Source: Candidatus Saccharimonadota bacterium (GTDB taxonomy: Bacteria > Patescibacteriota > Saccharimonadia > Saccharimonadales > AWTP1-31). Taken from it: 64,000 bases of DNA. A model generated the notes under the pieces. The model saw only the letters and a list, made by a program, of their open reading frames with translations. It had not been told where the DNA came from and did not search any database. Numbering within the stretch: the first letter of the stretch is position 1; every line of letters starts with the position of its first letter. The translations under genes and the position numbers were made by a program. Below are positions 26,579 to 36,157 of this stretch, one piece after another. The stretch is from positions 4,024 through 68,023 of the forward strand of contig JAPLYT010000003.1 of NCBI GenBank assembly GCA_026395435.1, written 5' to 3'.

Positions 26579-27944
26579 GATATCTTCCTCTCATATATTG
26601 TTTAATTATCACAAAAGTTGTAGTTAAACCACCGAGCAGTACAAAATATTCGCCAACATGCGTATACAGTGTCAAGGTACCGTTCGTCTTTGCCAGTATT
26701 GAAACCGTGTCATTGCTCGATATCTTACCTATGATAGAGCCATTATTGTCATACGCGTAGGCAGTGGCGCTATTTGCACTTTGCAAGAAATACCGTGAAT
26801 TTGCAACAGCCATAAATCTGCCGAAGCTTTGTTGCTGCCAAGCGAATAGCCGTGAACCGTTAAATGGCTTAAGCGATGCAGAATTCGCAAAAACTGTTGC
26901 GCCTTGTAATGCAAAAGACCGATAGTCCTGGGGTGCGATGATACTTGAACAAACTGCAACACCCACAGAAATAGTATTGCCAATATCTACTGGCTTCAAT
27001 TGCACGGGCCCTTTAATGACTGACTTTGCAAAACTAAAGTAATCAAGCGTGTTCTTTTGACCGGTTGCCCGTAACCCTGTCCTCACAATGTAGGGTAAAT
27101 CTTCGCCTCCTGGTATAAGCCGATACTTATCTTGAAAATCAGTAATGCCATCTCGTGTATTCCCTGAAAGCATCCGATTCTGATGTCCAATTCTACCTCG
27201 AGTATACAATTGTGTAGATCCTACGAAGTATGTCGGCGACTTGTCATTTTTATCCATAGCTATCCGACTATCTACATTTTTATTTGTTATCTTTTCGAGT
27301 CCGTATTCCGGGAATACCACAAGAGCCTCATCTTTGGGTACAATTTGCGGTACTCGCTGAACAAGTGTTTCGCTTACAATCTTGGCTTTAAAATCGGTAC
27401 CATTTGGGTGTCGATAAAATCCCCACCCTATTATCGACAATAAGCTTAATACTAAAAGGGGGGCCAAGCTTAATGCACGATACTTCTTTTGCGACACAAG
27501 ATATATAATCGTCAATACGAATCCAGAGAGTCCATATAGACCAATGAACCTTGTTGAAAAGATGAAGGGGGTACGCAGGACGAGAAGTGACGCTGAGCCA
27601 ATGGGGAGTAAACTGTCGATCCTTCCCTGGGGACCTATCCAAAGAATTGCATTCAGCCATCCAACGGCGTAATCGGCAAAAGCAAAAATAACGACTAAAG
27701 CTGGTATATAGAATTTCGCATCAAGGTGCTCCTGGGTGATTTTCGCAATACTCAGAAATTTTCGAACAATGAATACCGACAAAGAAACATTAATGATAAG
27801 TACGATAATTGCCAGAATTGTGCCCTGTTTTTTTGACCCAGCAAGTTCCAACGAATCTGTTTGAAGTGCCCAAGACCACATGAACGAGAACCAAACAACC
27901 AGCCCAAGTATGGCTGGTTGTTTTTTTAGTTTACTGACAATCAT
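26562..27944 (-). CDS. apolipoprotein N-acyltransferase-like protein (polytopic N-terminus plus CN-hydrolase domain)
   Basis: About six N-terminal TM helices, then candidate E/K/C triad contexts VVFPEYGL, DKYRLIPGGEDLPY and VAVCSSII, which resemble Lnt. A C-terminal TM helix follows. Confidence 0.55.
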   Translation of the reverse strand: MIVSKLKKQPAILGLVVWFSFMWSWALQTDSLELAGSKKQGTILAIIVLIINVSLSVFIVRKFLSIAKITQEHLDAKFYIPALVVIFAFADYAVGWLNAILWIGPQGRIDSLLPIGSASLLVLRTPFIFSTRFIGLYGLSGFVLTIIYLVSQKKYRALSLAPLLVLSLLSIIGWGFYRHPNGTDFKAKIVSETLVQRVPQIVPKDEALVVFPEYGLEKITNKNVDSRIAMDKNDKSPTYFVGSTQLYTRGRIGHQNRMLSGNTRDGITDFQDKYRLIPGGEDLPYIVRTGLRATGQKNTLDYFSFAKSVIKGPVQLKPVDIGNTISVGVAVCSSIIAPQDYRSFALQGATVFANSASLKPFNGSRLFAWQQQSFGRFMAVANSRYFLQSANSATAYAYDNNGSIIGKISSNDTVSILAKTNGTLTLYTHVGEYFVLLGGLTTTFVIIKQYMRGRYHDKKK

Positions 27945-27950
27945 GTGCTC

Positions 27951-28646
27951 TTATTTAGCGGGAGCAGGTGCAGCCGTTGAGGATGTTGAAGCAGAAGCTC
28001 CGGTAGATGCCGTTGAACTAAAGTTGGCAACTTCTTCGAGGCGCATAGATGCAACTGTTAGAGTAACTCCTTTAGCTTTAACGATCAGCCGACCAGATAC
28101 AGCCCCTACTTTTACTGCAGCAATCTTTGGTGTACAGATATCTGCAAATGTGGTGCTGACTGGGCCATCGTATGAAGCGCCTGCGCCTGCGCCAGTTGGG
28201 TAACCAGGAAGGAACATCTCGATCTTTGCCTGCCCGCCAACTGGTGCCTTTACGTTTGCACAAAGACGATAATCTTTATAGAGATGGCTCGTATCAAAAA
28301 CTACATTTTGTGGAATTACTGTTGCCATATTTGCCCCGACTGTATCTGCGGTACAGGTCATATAGAACCCTGGATTTGGATTTTTTGAATCACCTAATTC
28401 TACTTGCTGCGTCTTACAAGGAGATGTGCTTGGCGAGACACCTGCCGTCAAAGTCTTGCTGGCTGCGTTGAAGGTCCAAGAAGCAGTTGCGGCAAAACTA
28501 CGATAGACCATGAGTCCACCACCGATTACGACAAATGCTAATACTGTTACAATTACCCGACCCTTGGTTGAGTTGAGACTTATACTTTGATTTGAGAATT
28601 TAATTTTACTATTATTTGAGCTTTTTACTTTTTTAGCTGTGGCCAT
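27951..28646 (-). CDS. N-terminally anchored extracytoplasmic protein
   Basis: Basic N-terminus, TM helix VIVTVLAFVVIGGGLMVY, a beta-rich domain and an S/T/A-rich tail. No motif recognised. Confidence 0.5.
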   Translation of the reverse strand: MATAKKVKSSNNSKIKFSNQSISLNSTKGRVIVTVLAFVVIGGGLMVYRSFAATASWTFNAASKTLTAGVSPSTSPCKTQQVELGDSKNPNPGFYMTCTADTVGANMATVIPQNVVFDTSHLYKDYRLCANVKAPVGGQAKIEMFLPGYPTGAGAGASYDGPVSTTFADICTPKIAAVKVGAVSGRLIVKAKGVTLTVASMRLEEVANFSSTASTGASASTSSTAAPAPAK

Positions 28647-28700
28647 TTTTATTCCTTTATCTACTATTACTCTTAAGAATAAGCGTAATGTATAGTTGTG

Positions 28701-30005
28701 TCAAACACGAGCAAGCTTCTTGGGTGTTTCTTTTTTCAACTTTTTTACATACGTAGGTTTCGCAATCCCTAAAATTATACAAATCCAGAGGATTACTTCC
28801 ATCTGAATATTGATGTTGTTTACAGCCAAGAATAATATCATAAACCACAAAACAGATCGGATCACCGTATTCGCTGAGCTGTTATTGCGTAACCCTCGTA
28901 ATGCAGAGTAGAGGAGATATATAAATAATCCCGTAATGATCACTCCTCTCTCGACAACAAGATCGACAAAATAATTATGGCTGCTTTCAAACCTGATGCC
29001 GTCTTCTACATCCACCCCAATTCGAGGATATTTTTTGCCATTGTCATGAATATTTCGATCAATTGAACCTATGCCTTCGCCGAGGATGAAGCCTTTTGGC
29101 TTTGGCATGCTCGCTTGTACCAAATTCAAGCGGTATAGAACACTTTCGACAAAATAGGGGGTATTGGCAAGTCGGGAAAAGTAGTTAAAACGAACGAACA
29201 GAAGTGTAAGCGCGACTAATGAGGACAGGATAAGGATTTTAAGATAGCGTTTAAATGAATATCTGTAATCATAAATGATTAAACCCGCAAGGATTATCAG
29301 GGCACTCCGCGTTTGGCTTAGTAGTAGACACAAACATAAGAAAATAATGCTCGGTACTAAATACTTTGGGTTTACTTTCTTATGTCTATACAGCCAAAGC
29401 CCCAGCAAAATACCGATTGCAAATAAACAGGCTGCATAGATAACTTGGGAATCGATAAAACCTAACCTTGTGTTTGAGTGTCCTTGTAGCCAAAAAACAA
29501 AATTCACAACTGCCCAACCGCATATACTTAGGTATGCACCAATCAACATTTTCGTCCGCTCAATTGTCGCAATCATTGTGCCGACTGCGATACTTGCATA
29601 TAAAGAAACCAGACTTGGATGGACCAATGGTGTACCTATAAGCGCGTTCATTGTAATAGAGTTGAGCAACAAGACAACGGTAGACAGAAAGACAAACAAT
29701 GGAATTTTCCTATCCTTCCAAATATTTTTTAGTATTTCCCGGCGGTAAAGTACAAGATATAAAAATGCGATGACTCCTGCGGCTCCAATAAAGAACCGAC
29801 GCAACCAAAATGCCTTGTATAAATCTTGTGACCAATAATACATACCTCCGAGTAATGAGGTAGTCGCCAAAATACTTAGAATAGAAGCGCCAAACGGCAC
29901 CACCGTTTGTTCGATTTTTTGTTGTTTGGGCATTACAGGTATAGTTATACCATGAGGCTCCGCCATACTGTGACTAATTTTTATAATGCTTTGAACGGGT
30001 ACCAA
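28701..30005 (-). CDS. O-antigen ligase/polymerase-like (Wzy_C-type) polytopic membrane protein
   Basis: About 10 TM helices. Signature ILGEGIGSI .. SSHNYFVDLVVERGVIITGLFIYLL. Start uncertain (alternatives at 29966 and 29933), because the longest ORF overlaps the divergent neighbour. Confidence 0.6.
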   Translation of the reverse strand: MVPVQSIIKISHSMAEPHGITIPVMPKQQKIEQTVVPFGASILSILATTSLLGGMYYWSQDLYKAFWLRRFFIGAAGVIAFLYLVLYRREILKNIWKDRKIPLFVFLSTVVLLLNSITMNALIGTPLVHPSLVSLYASIAVGTMIATIERTKMLIGAYLSICGWAVVNFVFWLQGHSNTRLGFIDSQVIYAACLFAIGILLGLWLYRHKKVNPKYLVPSIIFLCLCLLLSQTRSALIILAGLIIYDYRYSFKRYLKILILSSLVALTLLFVRFNYFSRLANTPYFVESVLYRLNLVQASMPKPKGFILGEGIGSIDRNIHDNGKKYPRIGVDVEDGIRFESSHNYFVDLVVERGVIITGLFIYLLYSALRGLRNNSSANTVIRSVLWFMILFLAVNNINIQMEVILWICIILGIAKPTYVKKLKKETPKKLARV

Positions 30006-32276
30006 TCTATTTTTTATTATCTATTTTTGAGCTCGCCTCTAGTATTTATTCAAGATCGTCAAAGTAACTCACGTTACGTACAACTCTGGTTTATTGGTAT
30101 TTCACTCGTCATTGGGGTTATCTTGCAGCGAAAATCGATAAGTCGGTATGTTTCAAGTATCCCTAAAAATGTCATGATTGCAGGGATAATACTTATCGCA
30201 TCAATACTCATTAGTCTCGCTCGCAACTTTGGAGCAAGAGGCCTCATAACTTTTGGTGGGTATGCGCCAGAATACATTGGGTATAGTGCCTGGTTCATTT
30301 TCGTAGCGGGGGCACTGCTTTTCGCAAAAGACATTCGAACGTATATATTTTCATCTGCCCACCTCATACTTTCTGGGCTTGTATTGTTGGTCTCTGTCTT
30401 GACGAGTTATAACGAACTAACCAGAGGAGTACCGCTGAGAGGGCTCCTGTATTCCCCTTTGGCAATGGCCACTTTTGCAAATATTACCCTCGTATTATGT
30501 ATTCTGCGATACAAAGAATCGTCACGTTTTCGTCTGTTATTTGGGCTTTCGATTATTCTGCTTTGTGGCGTAATCCTGGCAACCCAAACAATAGTTGGCA
30601 TAGCCGTTATGGTACTAGTCTTGGTGGTATCCACATTTATATGGCTACAAAAATTTAGTCAAAGAGTCTTCGTCTTGATATTCGTTGGCAGTGTTATGTT
30701 AATCCCAAGCGTTTTCCCCGGATATTTCTGGCATCTCAGGAATCAAGAAATCTCAGGGGGTGTTCGTTACCAAACTACCCTCATAACTGAAGCGGTATCG
30801 AATGCTTCAATCACTCAAATTCTTTTTGGAAGGGGTGCAAAATCCTTACCCAAAGCTGTAGATAATCATAATTTTGCCGAAGCTGAGATTGTAAAGAGCC
30901 TAGATGTTCATACAAGATTCATCGACAATCATTCCCTGTTTTTTGATATTTTTTATTATTTTGGAACGTTGGGTTTTGTGTCATTTCTATTTCTCAATAT
31001 CATTGCACTAAATAAGCTTTTGTATTTACGAAAAAAAGATAACTATGCAACCGGATTTGGGGTCATATATCTCATATTACTTACGTATACAATGGTAGCC
31101 ATGCCTTCGCTATATCTTTCTTTGCTCTATCTCATAGTTTTATTAGCAATGACTACTACTAAACTGGAAGAGGTTAAAAGGCATAAAAAATTCCATGTCC
31201 TTATGCTTGCTGCTCCTTTGGTGTTGGCAGTAGGAATTCTTTTCGTTTCTAGCCAGCCTAAAGCAGAAACGAAGCCAATTAAAACCTCCGTCCGATATAG
31301 TACGAATCAACCGTTTACATCAGAGGCGGAGCGCGTATTGCAGAAAGAGATCCAGAAGTCTTTCGCCGTTCGAGGTTGTGCAATCTTGATGGATGCACAC
31401 AACGGAGAAGTAGTAAGTATGGTTGATGCCGCCACAAACCAATCAGAACAGGTATGTGTATCAGCCTGGGAGCCAGGTTCTGTTATTAAGCCGCTACTAG
31501 TTGCAACTGCCATCGAAAAAGGAACCACCACACCAAATACTACCTTTTATGACCCAGGTTATGTGTATGCCGGAGAAAGAATCTTTCTTAACGCAGAATC
31601 ATATGATCCAGGCCCTGTCAGCACCCAGGCTATTCTTGATCAATCACGAAATACGGGCGCTATCCATATATTCAACGGGCTTGGTAAGACACCTACTCAA
31701 GCAAGAGACACGTGGCACAATAGCCTTACAGGATCATTTAAGTTTGGCAAGAAGACGGGTTTTGATATTCACGAAGCTTCAGGGTATATCCGTAATCCAA
31801 AAGGCGGCAATTATATAGAAGAACAATTTGCCGCTAGTTCATTTGGCGTCGGAATGACAATTACGCCGCTGCAATTAGCTGCAGCGTATGCTCCGCTCGC
31901 CAATGGAGGTATGTATGTAACACCTCACAAAAATGGTACAAATGTAAAAGATGCAACGCGGGTACTATCTTCGAAAACCAGCAACACAATGCAAAATGTA
32001 CTTAAAGAAGCACTCACATTTAATAATAAAAAGGCAGCGCAGAAAGGATTTGCGCTTGGGGGCAAAACAGGAACTGCCCCTATCGTCGATAATGACGGAG
32101 CATACAAAATTTCGGTAGACGACGGTGTATATGTAGGCTTCGTCGGTAAAGATACGCCAAAGTACATTATGGTCGTCCGAGTAGATGAACCAATGAACTA
32201 CAAGTTTGCCAGTTATTCCGCCCGCGACACGTGGGCCAAATTATCTGATTACTTACTTTCGAACGATTTGAACTAG
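29907..32276 (+). CDS. fusion protein: Wzy_C/O-antigen-ligase-like polytopic domain plus class-B penicillin-binding-protein transpeptidase domain
   Basis: N-terminal approx 430 aa are polytopic, with ILFGRGAKSL .. DNHSLFFDIFYYFGTLGFVSFLFL. The C-terminal domain has the SxxK (EPGSVIKPLL), SxN (DQSRNTG) and KTG (GGKTGTA) boxes. Start uncertain (29907 or MRLRH at 29952). Confidence 0.75.
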   Translation: MFDFLLFGHYRYSYTMRLRHTVTNFYNALNGYQSIFYYLFLSSPLVFIQDRQSNSRYVQLWFIGISLVIGVILQRKSISRYVSSIPKNVMIAGIILIASILISLARNFGARGLITFGGYAPEYIGYSAWFIFVAGALLFAKDIRTYIFSSAHLILSGLVLLVSVLTSYNELTRGVPLRGLLYSPLAMATFANITLVLCILRYKESSRFRLLFGLSIILLCGVILATQTIVGIAVMVLVLVVSTFIWLQKFSQRVFVLIFVGSVMLIPSVFPGYFWHLRNQEISGGVRYQTTLITEAVSNASITQILFGRGAKSLPKAVDNHNFAEAEIVKSLDVHTRFIDNHSLFFDIFYYFGTLGFVSFLFLNIIALNKLLYLRKKDNYATGFGVIYLILLTYTMVAMPSLYLSLLYLIVLLAMTTTKLEEVKRHKKFHVLMLAAPLVLAVGILFVSSQPKAETKPIKTSVRYSTNQPFTSEAERVLQKEIQKSFAVRGCAILMDAHNGEVVSMVDAATNQSEQVCVSAWEPGSVIKPLLVATAIEKGTTTPNTTFYDPGYVYAGERIFLNAESYDPGPVSTQAILDQSRNTGAIHIFNGLGKTPTQARDTWHNSLTGSFKFGKKTGFDIHEASGYIRNPKGGNYIEEQFAASSFGVGMTITPLQLAAAYAPLANGGMYVTPHKNGTNVKDATRVLSSKTSNTMQNVLKEALTFNNKKAAQKGFALGGKTGTAPIVDNDGAYKISVDDGVYVGFVGKDTPKYIMVVRVDEPMNYKFASYSARDTWAKLSDYLLSNDLN

Positions 32277-32278
32277 CG

Positions 32279-32920
32279 CTACGTAAGTGTATAACTAATT
32301 GCTTTCCAACTGTCTGAAATAAACTGGACGCTAGCGGTCCCTTTGTATGACTTCCCCGCCATTACGGTACTGAAATTTATCGTTCCTGTTGTTTCTGATG
32401 TCTTTTTCCAGGTTGTTTTATCGATAACCACAGAACTGCCTTCAGGCACCTTGCTTGTGTCTGCAATCACGTACGGGTTATTTTTAAGTCCATCTTTTTC
32501 GATTGATAATAATAAGACACAAACGGCTGCCGGGATCACAGCAGCATCACAACTACCCGGAGTATTTAATATAGCTTTTTGCTCTGCCGTAGATGGACTA
32601 TTTACTTTTTCGGTGGCGGGGGCTGTAGCCACAGTGCTAGAGTTTGTAGTATTACTTTGAGCGGACGTATTAGATTGACTTGAGGTTGTTTTGATAGGTG
32701 CAACGTTCTTTTTGGCATAGTAGTAATCTACTGAGACGTAGCCGATGAGGGCTGCCAAAACGGCTCCGAGCACGAGGGCTAAGATTTTCGTTATGCGGGA
32801 ATGAAAAATTGGTCCCATTGTCACTCGCCGAATAGTTGGCTTCGGTGGAGGAGCGGCTGCTGGCTCTTGCTCGGGAGTTATTCGGGGGGTTAAATCATAC
32901 GGATCAAAATCAGGTTTCAT
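32279..32920 (-). CDS. N-terminally anchored protein, paralog of 25640..26290
   Basis: Start trimmed to MKPDFDPYD (32920), because the longer ORF overlaps the ABC permease. TM helix ILALVLGAVLAALIGYVSV, an S/T/N-rich linker, then a C-terminal domain SCDAAVIPAAVC..IEKDGLKNNP..VPE..VIDKTTW. Confidence 0.55.
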   Translation of the reverse strand: MKPDFDPYDLTPRITPEQEPAAAPPPKPTIRRVTMGPIFHSRITKILALVLGAVLAALIGYVSVDYYYAKKNVAPIKTTSSQSNTSAQSNTTNSSTVATAPATEKVNSPSTAEQKAILNTPGSCDAAVIPAAVCVLLLSIEKDGLKNNPYVIADTSKVPEGSSVVIDKTTWKKTSETTGTINFSTVMAGKSYKGTASVQFISDSWKAISYTLT

Positions 32921-32975
32921 ACATAAGCAGTATAGATTATTTGGTGCCCTGAAGCCAGTAGGCGCGACTCCAAAA

Positions 32976-33767
32976 CTAGACGGCGCGACTTCTATAGCGA
33001 GCGATGGCCAGCGGAACAAAAATCGACAGAATAGCCAATGACCAAACGGCGCTTTTCCAAATTGCTCCGTTGCTAGGCACACCCAAAGCCAGTTCTCGAG
33101 CTGCCTGTACGAGGTGGGTTACAGGCTGGTTGCGGGCAAAGACTTGAAGCCACGACGGCATAGTCTGAATAGGCACGAAAGCGGCGCTGGCAAAAGTGAG
33201 CGGGAAAACAATCACAAAACTCGCCAGCTGAGCGGTCTCAGCATCTCCAACCGACATACCTAGGAATGCGGCCACCCATGAAAATGCAAAGCTAAACAGT
33301 AGCAAAATTCCTATCATACCAATAGCATTTATAAATCCATTTTGAAAACGAAAACCAAGTAGCGTACCAACGGTGAGCATGATTCCAGCCACGGTAAGGT
33401 TACGAACCATGTCAGATAAGGTTCGTCCGGCCATGACGGCACTACGACTCATCGGTAAGCTTCTAAATCGGTCAATAATCCCCTTACCCATATCCTCAGC
33501 AAGGCCAATACCCGTCTGTAATCCACCGAACAACATGGTTTGGGCTAAGATCCCGGGCAGAAGATAATTAATATATTTTCCTCCTGGGATAGCTGTCCCG
33601 TTGCCGATCGCGCCGCCGAATACGAAATTGAATAAGGTCAAAAACATAATTGGCTGAATTGAACTGAAGAATACCAATTGTGGTAGTCGAATGTAGCGAT
33701 AGAGATTACGGCGGGTAATGACAACGGTATCGGAAATTTCATTCCGAATTTGTTTGGACATACTCAT
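32976..33767 (-). CDS. ABC-2 type exporter permease
   Basis: 263 aa with six TM helices. Directly coupled (ATGA-type junction) to the upstream DrrA-like ATPase. Confidence 0.8.
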   Translation of the reverse strand: MSMSKQIRNEISDTVVITRRNLYRYIRLPQLVFFSSIQPIMFLTLFNFVFGGAIGNGTAIPGGKYINYLLPGILAQTMLFGGLQTGIGLAEDMGKGIIDRFRSLPMSRSAVMAGRTLSDMVRNLTVAGIMLTVGTLLGFRFQNGFINAIGMIGILLLFSFAFSWVAAFLGMSVGDAETAQLASFVIVFPLTFASAAFVPIQTMPSWLQVFARNQPVTHLVQAARELALGVPSNGAIWKSAVWSLAILSIFVPLAIARYRSRAV

Positions 33768-34765
33768 TATTTCTTCCCCTTCTTGGATGCACTACTAGCC
33801 GCATCTTCAGATGTTTGTGTCTTTTTGCCTGTTAATGCCAAGAATACATCATCGAGCGAAGGTCGATGAAGCGATAAACTTGTCGGGATGATTTTTGCCG
33901 TGTTGAGTGCTCCAACTACCGCCATTAAACTCCGTGATCCGTCTTTTACTGGTACCGTGATCGTCAATCCATCTTCATCTATGGTCGGTTCTTTTTTGGC
34001 ATGGCTCGCAACTGCTTTGAGGGCAGTAGCAAGATCGCGTTTATGGGCGAGCTGGAATTCGACCACATCGCCACCAAGCCGAGCTTTGAGCTGGTCGCTG
34101 GTGCCTTCGGCGATTACTTTTCCGTGGTCGATTACTGCGATGTGATCGGCAAGTTCATCAGCTTCTTCGAGATACTGTGTTGTGAGCAGTATGGTGGTGC
34201 CCCCAGCTACGAGATCTCGAATGATGTTCCACAGATCGAGCCGGGTACGTGGGTCAAGCCCCGTTGTCGGTTCATCTAAAAACAATATTTTAGGTTGGCC
34301 GATAAGACTTGCGCCAAGATCTAACCGCCGACGCATACCACCAGAATATGTTTTGACTTGTCGATCAGCAGCATCAGTTAGTTGCAGTCTTTCCAAAATA
34401 TCTGCAGTGCGTTTTTTTGCCTCAGCGTGGCCAAGATGATAGAGCCTACCAGACATGTAGATGTTTTCACGTCCTGTCAAAAATTCATCGACTGCCGCAT
34501 ATTGACCGGCTAATCCGATGATCTCTCGGACTTTGTTGGGTTCTTTATCAACATCGATGCCAAGTACTTTTGCGGTTCCCCTAGTCGGTGAGAGCAATGT
34601 ACTGAGCATCCTGACAATGGTCGTTTTGCCAGCCCCGTTAGGCCCAAGTAGCCCAAATATTTTGCCTTGCTCGGCTTGCAACGTCACGCCGTCAAGAGCT
34701 TTTACCTTGCCGCCATCATAATATTTGGCGACATCTTTAACTTCAAATGCGTATGGCTTCTTCAT
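33767..34765 (-). CDS. ABC transporter ATP-binding protein (DrrA/daunorubicin-resistance-like)
   Basis: Walker A GLLGPNGAGKTT, signature YSGGMRRRLDL, Walker B ILFLDEPTTGLD. Confidence 0.9.
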   Translation of the reverse strand: MKKPYAFEVKDVAKYYDGGKVKALDGVTLQAEQGKIFGLLGPNGAGKTTIVRMLSTLLSPTRGTAKVLGIDVDKEPNKVREIIGLAGQYAAVDEFLTGRENIYMSGRLYHLGHAEAKKRTADILERLQLTDAADRQVKTYSGGMRRRLDLGASLIGQPKILFLDEPTTGLDPRTRLDLWNIIRDLVAGGTTILLTTQYLEEADELADHIAVIDHGKVIAEGTSDQLKARLGGDVVEFQLAHKRDLATALKAVASHAKKEPTIDEDGLTITVPVKDGSRSLMAVVGALNTAKIIPTSLSLHRPSLDDVFLALTGKKTQTSEDAASSASKKGKK

Positions 34766-34872
34766 GTGATTGTTACCCCGTCTCTAAAAGAATATTCTCC
34801 TGTAGTATACGCTTGGTTGCCATAAGGCGCTATACTATTGATAGTTATATTAACAACCAAGGAACACATTTC

Positions 34873-35238
34873 ATGAATCAAACCATTATCAATCTCATCC
34901 TCGCCCTCGCCACCAACGAACTCATGCATAACGGACTCGAAATAAATAACATGCGCGAAAAACTTCGTCGTTTAACGGCCTATATGAACAAGAAATCGTA
35001 CAAAGAATTGCCGGTGAATATCGATACTCGAGCCAAAAGTTACTTTGTATCGTTCATTGCCTTTATCGTTTTTGTGTTGCCACTGTGGGGTGGCTTCACC
35101 CTACTCAATCTTGATCAAACATTGGCACTTAAACTGATCGTTAGTCTACTCGTAGCAAGCTACATCGTCACTGCAGTGGTCGCTGACCAATGGCACATGG
35201 ACATCGAAAAGATTACCAAACCTTTCCGCAAAAAATAA
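34873..35238 (+). CDS. small membrane protein (121 aa)
   Basis: Start trimmed to MNQTIINL. Two TM helices in the C-terminal half. Confidence 0.4.
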   Translation: MNQTIINLILALATNELMHNGLEINNMREKLRRLTAYMNKKSYKELPVNIDTRAKSYFVSFIAFIVFVLPLWGGFTLLNLDQTLALKLIVSLLVASYIVTAVVADQWHMDIEKITKPFRKK

Positions 35239-35240
35239 TT

Positions 35241-35627
35241 CTATTTTTCAATTGTATGCTGTTCTAGCCAGCTTGCTATTTCCGGAACACTCAAGTGATC
35301 TGTGGCTGTGCGAACAGCAAAATCTTCAAGCTCGTTATCCTGCAAAGAGCTAGTGTCATGACCATTTAGATTTAGGAATAGGAGTGCAGCCATAATACCC
35401 GTTCGCTTATTACCGTCAACAAATGGGTGATCGCCAATAATTCCACGAGCGAGAGCTGCGGCTTTATCATAAATAGTCTGATACACCTCTTGCCCAAAAA
35501 CAGATTGAATTTGCGTGGCGACTACCGCTTCAATTCGGGCGATATCTCTTAGCCCCTGTGACCCACCACTGGCATCAATAATTTGCATATGTAGCAGTTC
35601 TATATCTTGAACTGTCAGTTGTTTCAT
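35241..35627 (-). CDS. doc: Doc (death-on-curing) family Fic-fold toxin
   Basis: Fic/Doc motif GDHPFVDGNKRTG. 128 aa. Overlaps the antitoxin gene by 4 nt. Confidence 0.85.
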   Translation of the reverse strand: MKQLTVQDIELLHMQIIDASGGSQGLRDIARIEAVVATQIQSVFGQEVYQTIYDKAAALARGIIGDHPFVDGNKRTGIMAALLFLNLNGHDTSSLQDNELEDFAVRTATDHLSVPEIASWLEQHTIEK

Positions 35628-35845
35628 CGCTGGCTTAGATTTTTGAGTGCCGTCTTGTGACGTTTGATTAATTTCTGCGCAATAGCCACAACTTCTATGT
35701 CATGGGCGGTAGGCTCGTCAACAAGTTCGTATGTAACTTTGACTTCATCTCCTGTCTTGGCATTAAGTTGTTTTTTGACATGCGCGGGTACTGTAATCAT
35801 GTCACTTGAGCCGACTTTTACTAATTTTTGAGTGCTTTGAATCAT
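35624..35845 (-). CDS. AbrB/SpoVT-type antitoxin
   Basis: 73 aa. KVGSSDMITVPAHVKKQLNAKTGDEVKV matches the swapped-hairpin AbrB/MazE-like DNA-binding fold. Lies upstream of doc. Confidence 0.75.
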   Translation of the reverse strand: MIQSTQKLVKVGSSDMITVPAHVKKQLNAKTGDEVKVTYELVDEPTAHDIEVVAIAQKLIKRHKTALKNLSQR

Positions 35846-35877
35846 AAGAACATTATAACAATATTATAATATTCTGT

Positions 35878-36135
35878 CTACAGATATTTAGCGGTTACGT
35901 GGTGCTGGTTGATGCCATTCACCAGGTTGGTAAAGCCAAGACGTTGCAAGTACTGCATCGACACAGTACTCCGACTTCCACTGACGCAGTACAATACGAG
36001 TTCGGTATCTTTTGGTACTTCATTCAGCTTACTTGCTCCTGCCATTATTTCGTTAGGCGGGATGTTGATAGCACCAGGCACGTGACCTCGATCGTATTCT
36101 TCAGGTTCTCGAACATCAATGATTATTCTATCCAT
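35878..36135 (-). CDS. single-domain rhodanese (sulfurtransferase-like)
   Basis: IIDVREPEEYDRGHVPGAINIP and the active-site loop LYCVSGSRS. Confidence 0.8.
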   Translation of the reverse strand: MDRIIIDVREPEEYDRGHVPGAINIPPNEIMAGASKLNEVPKDTELVLYCVSGSRSTVSMQYLQRLGFTNLVNGINQHHVTAKYL

Positions 36136-36157
36136 ACCGCTAGTATACTCCGTAAAC

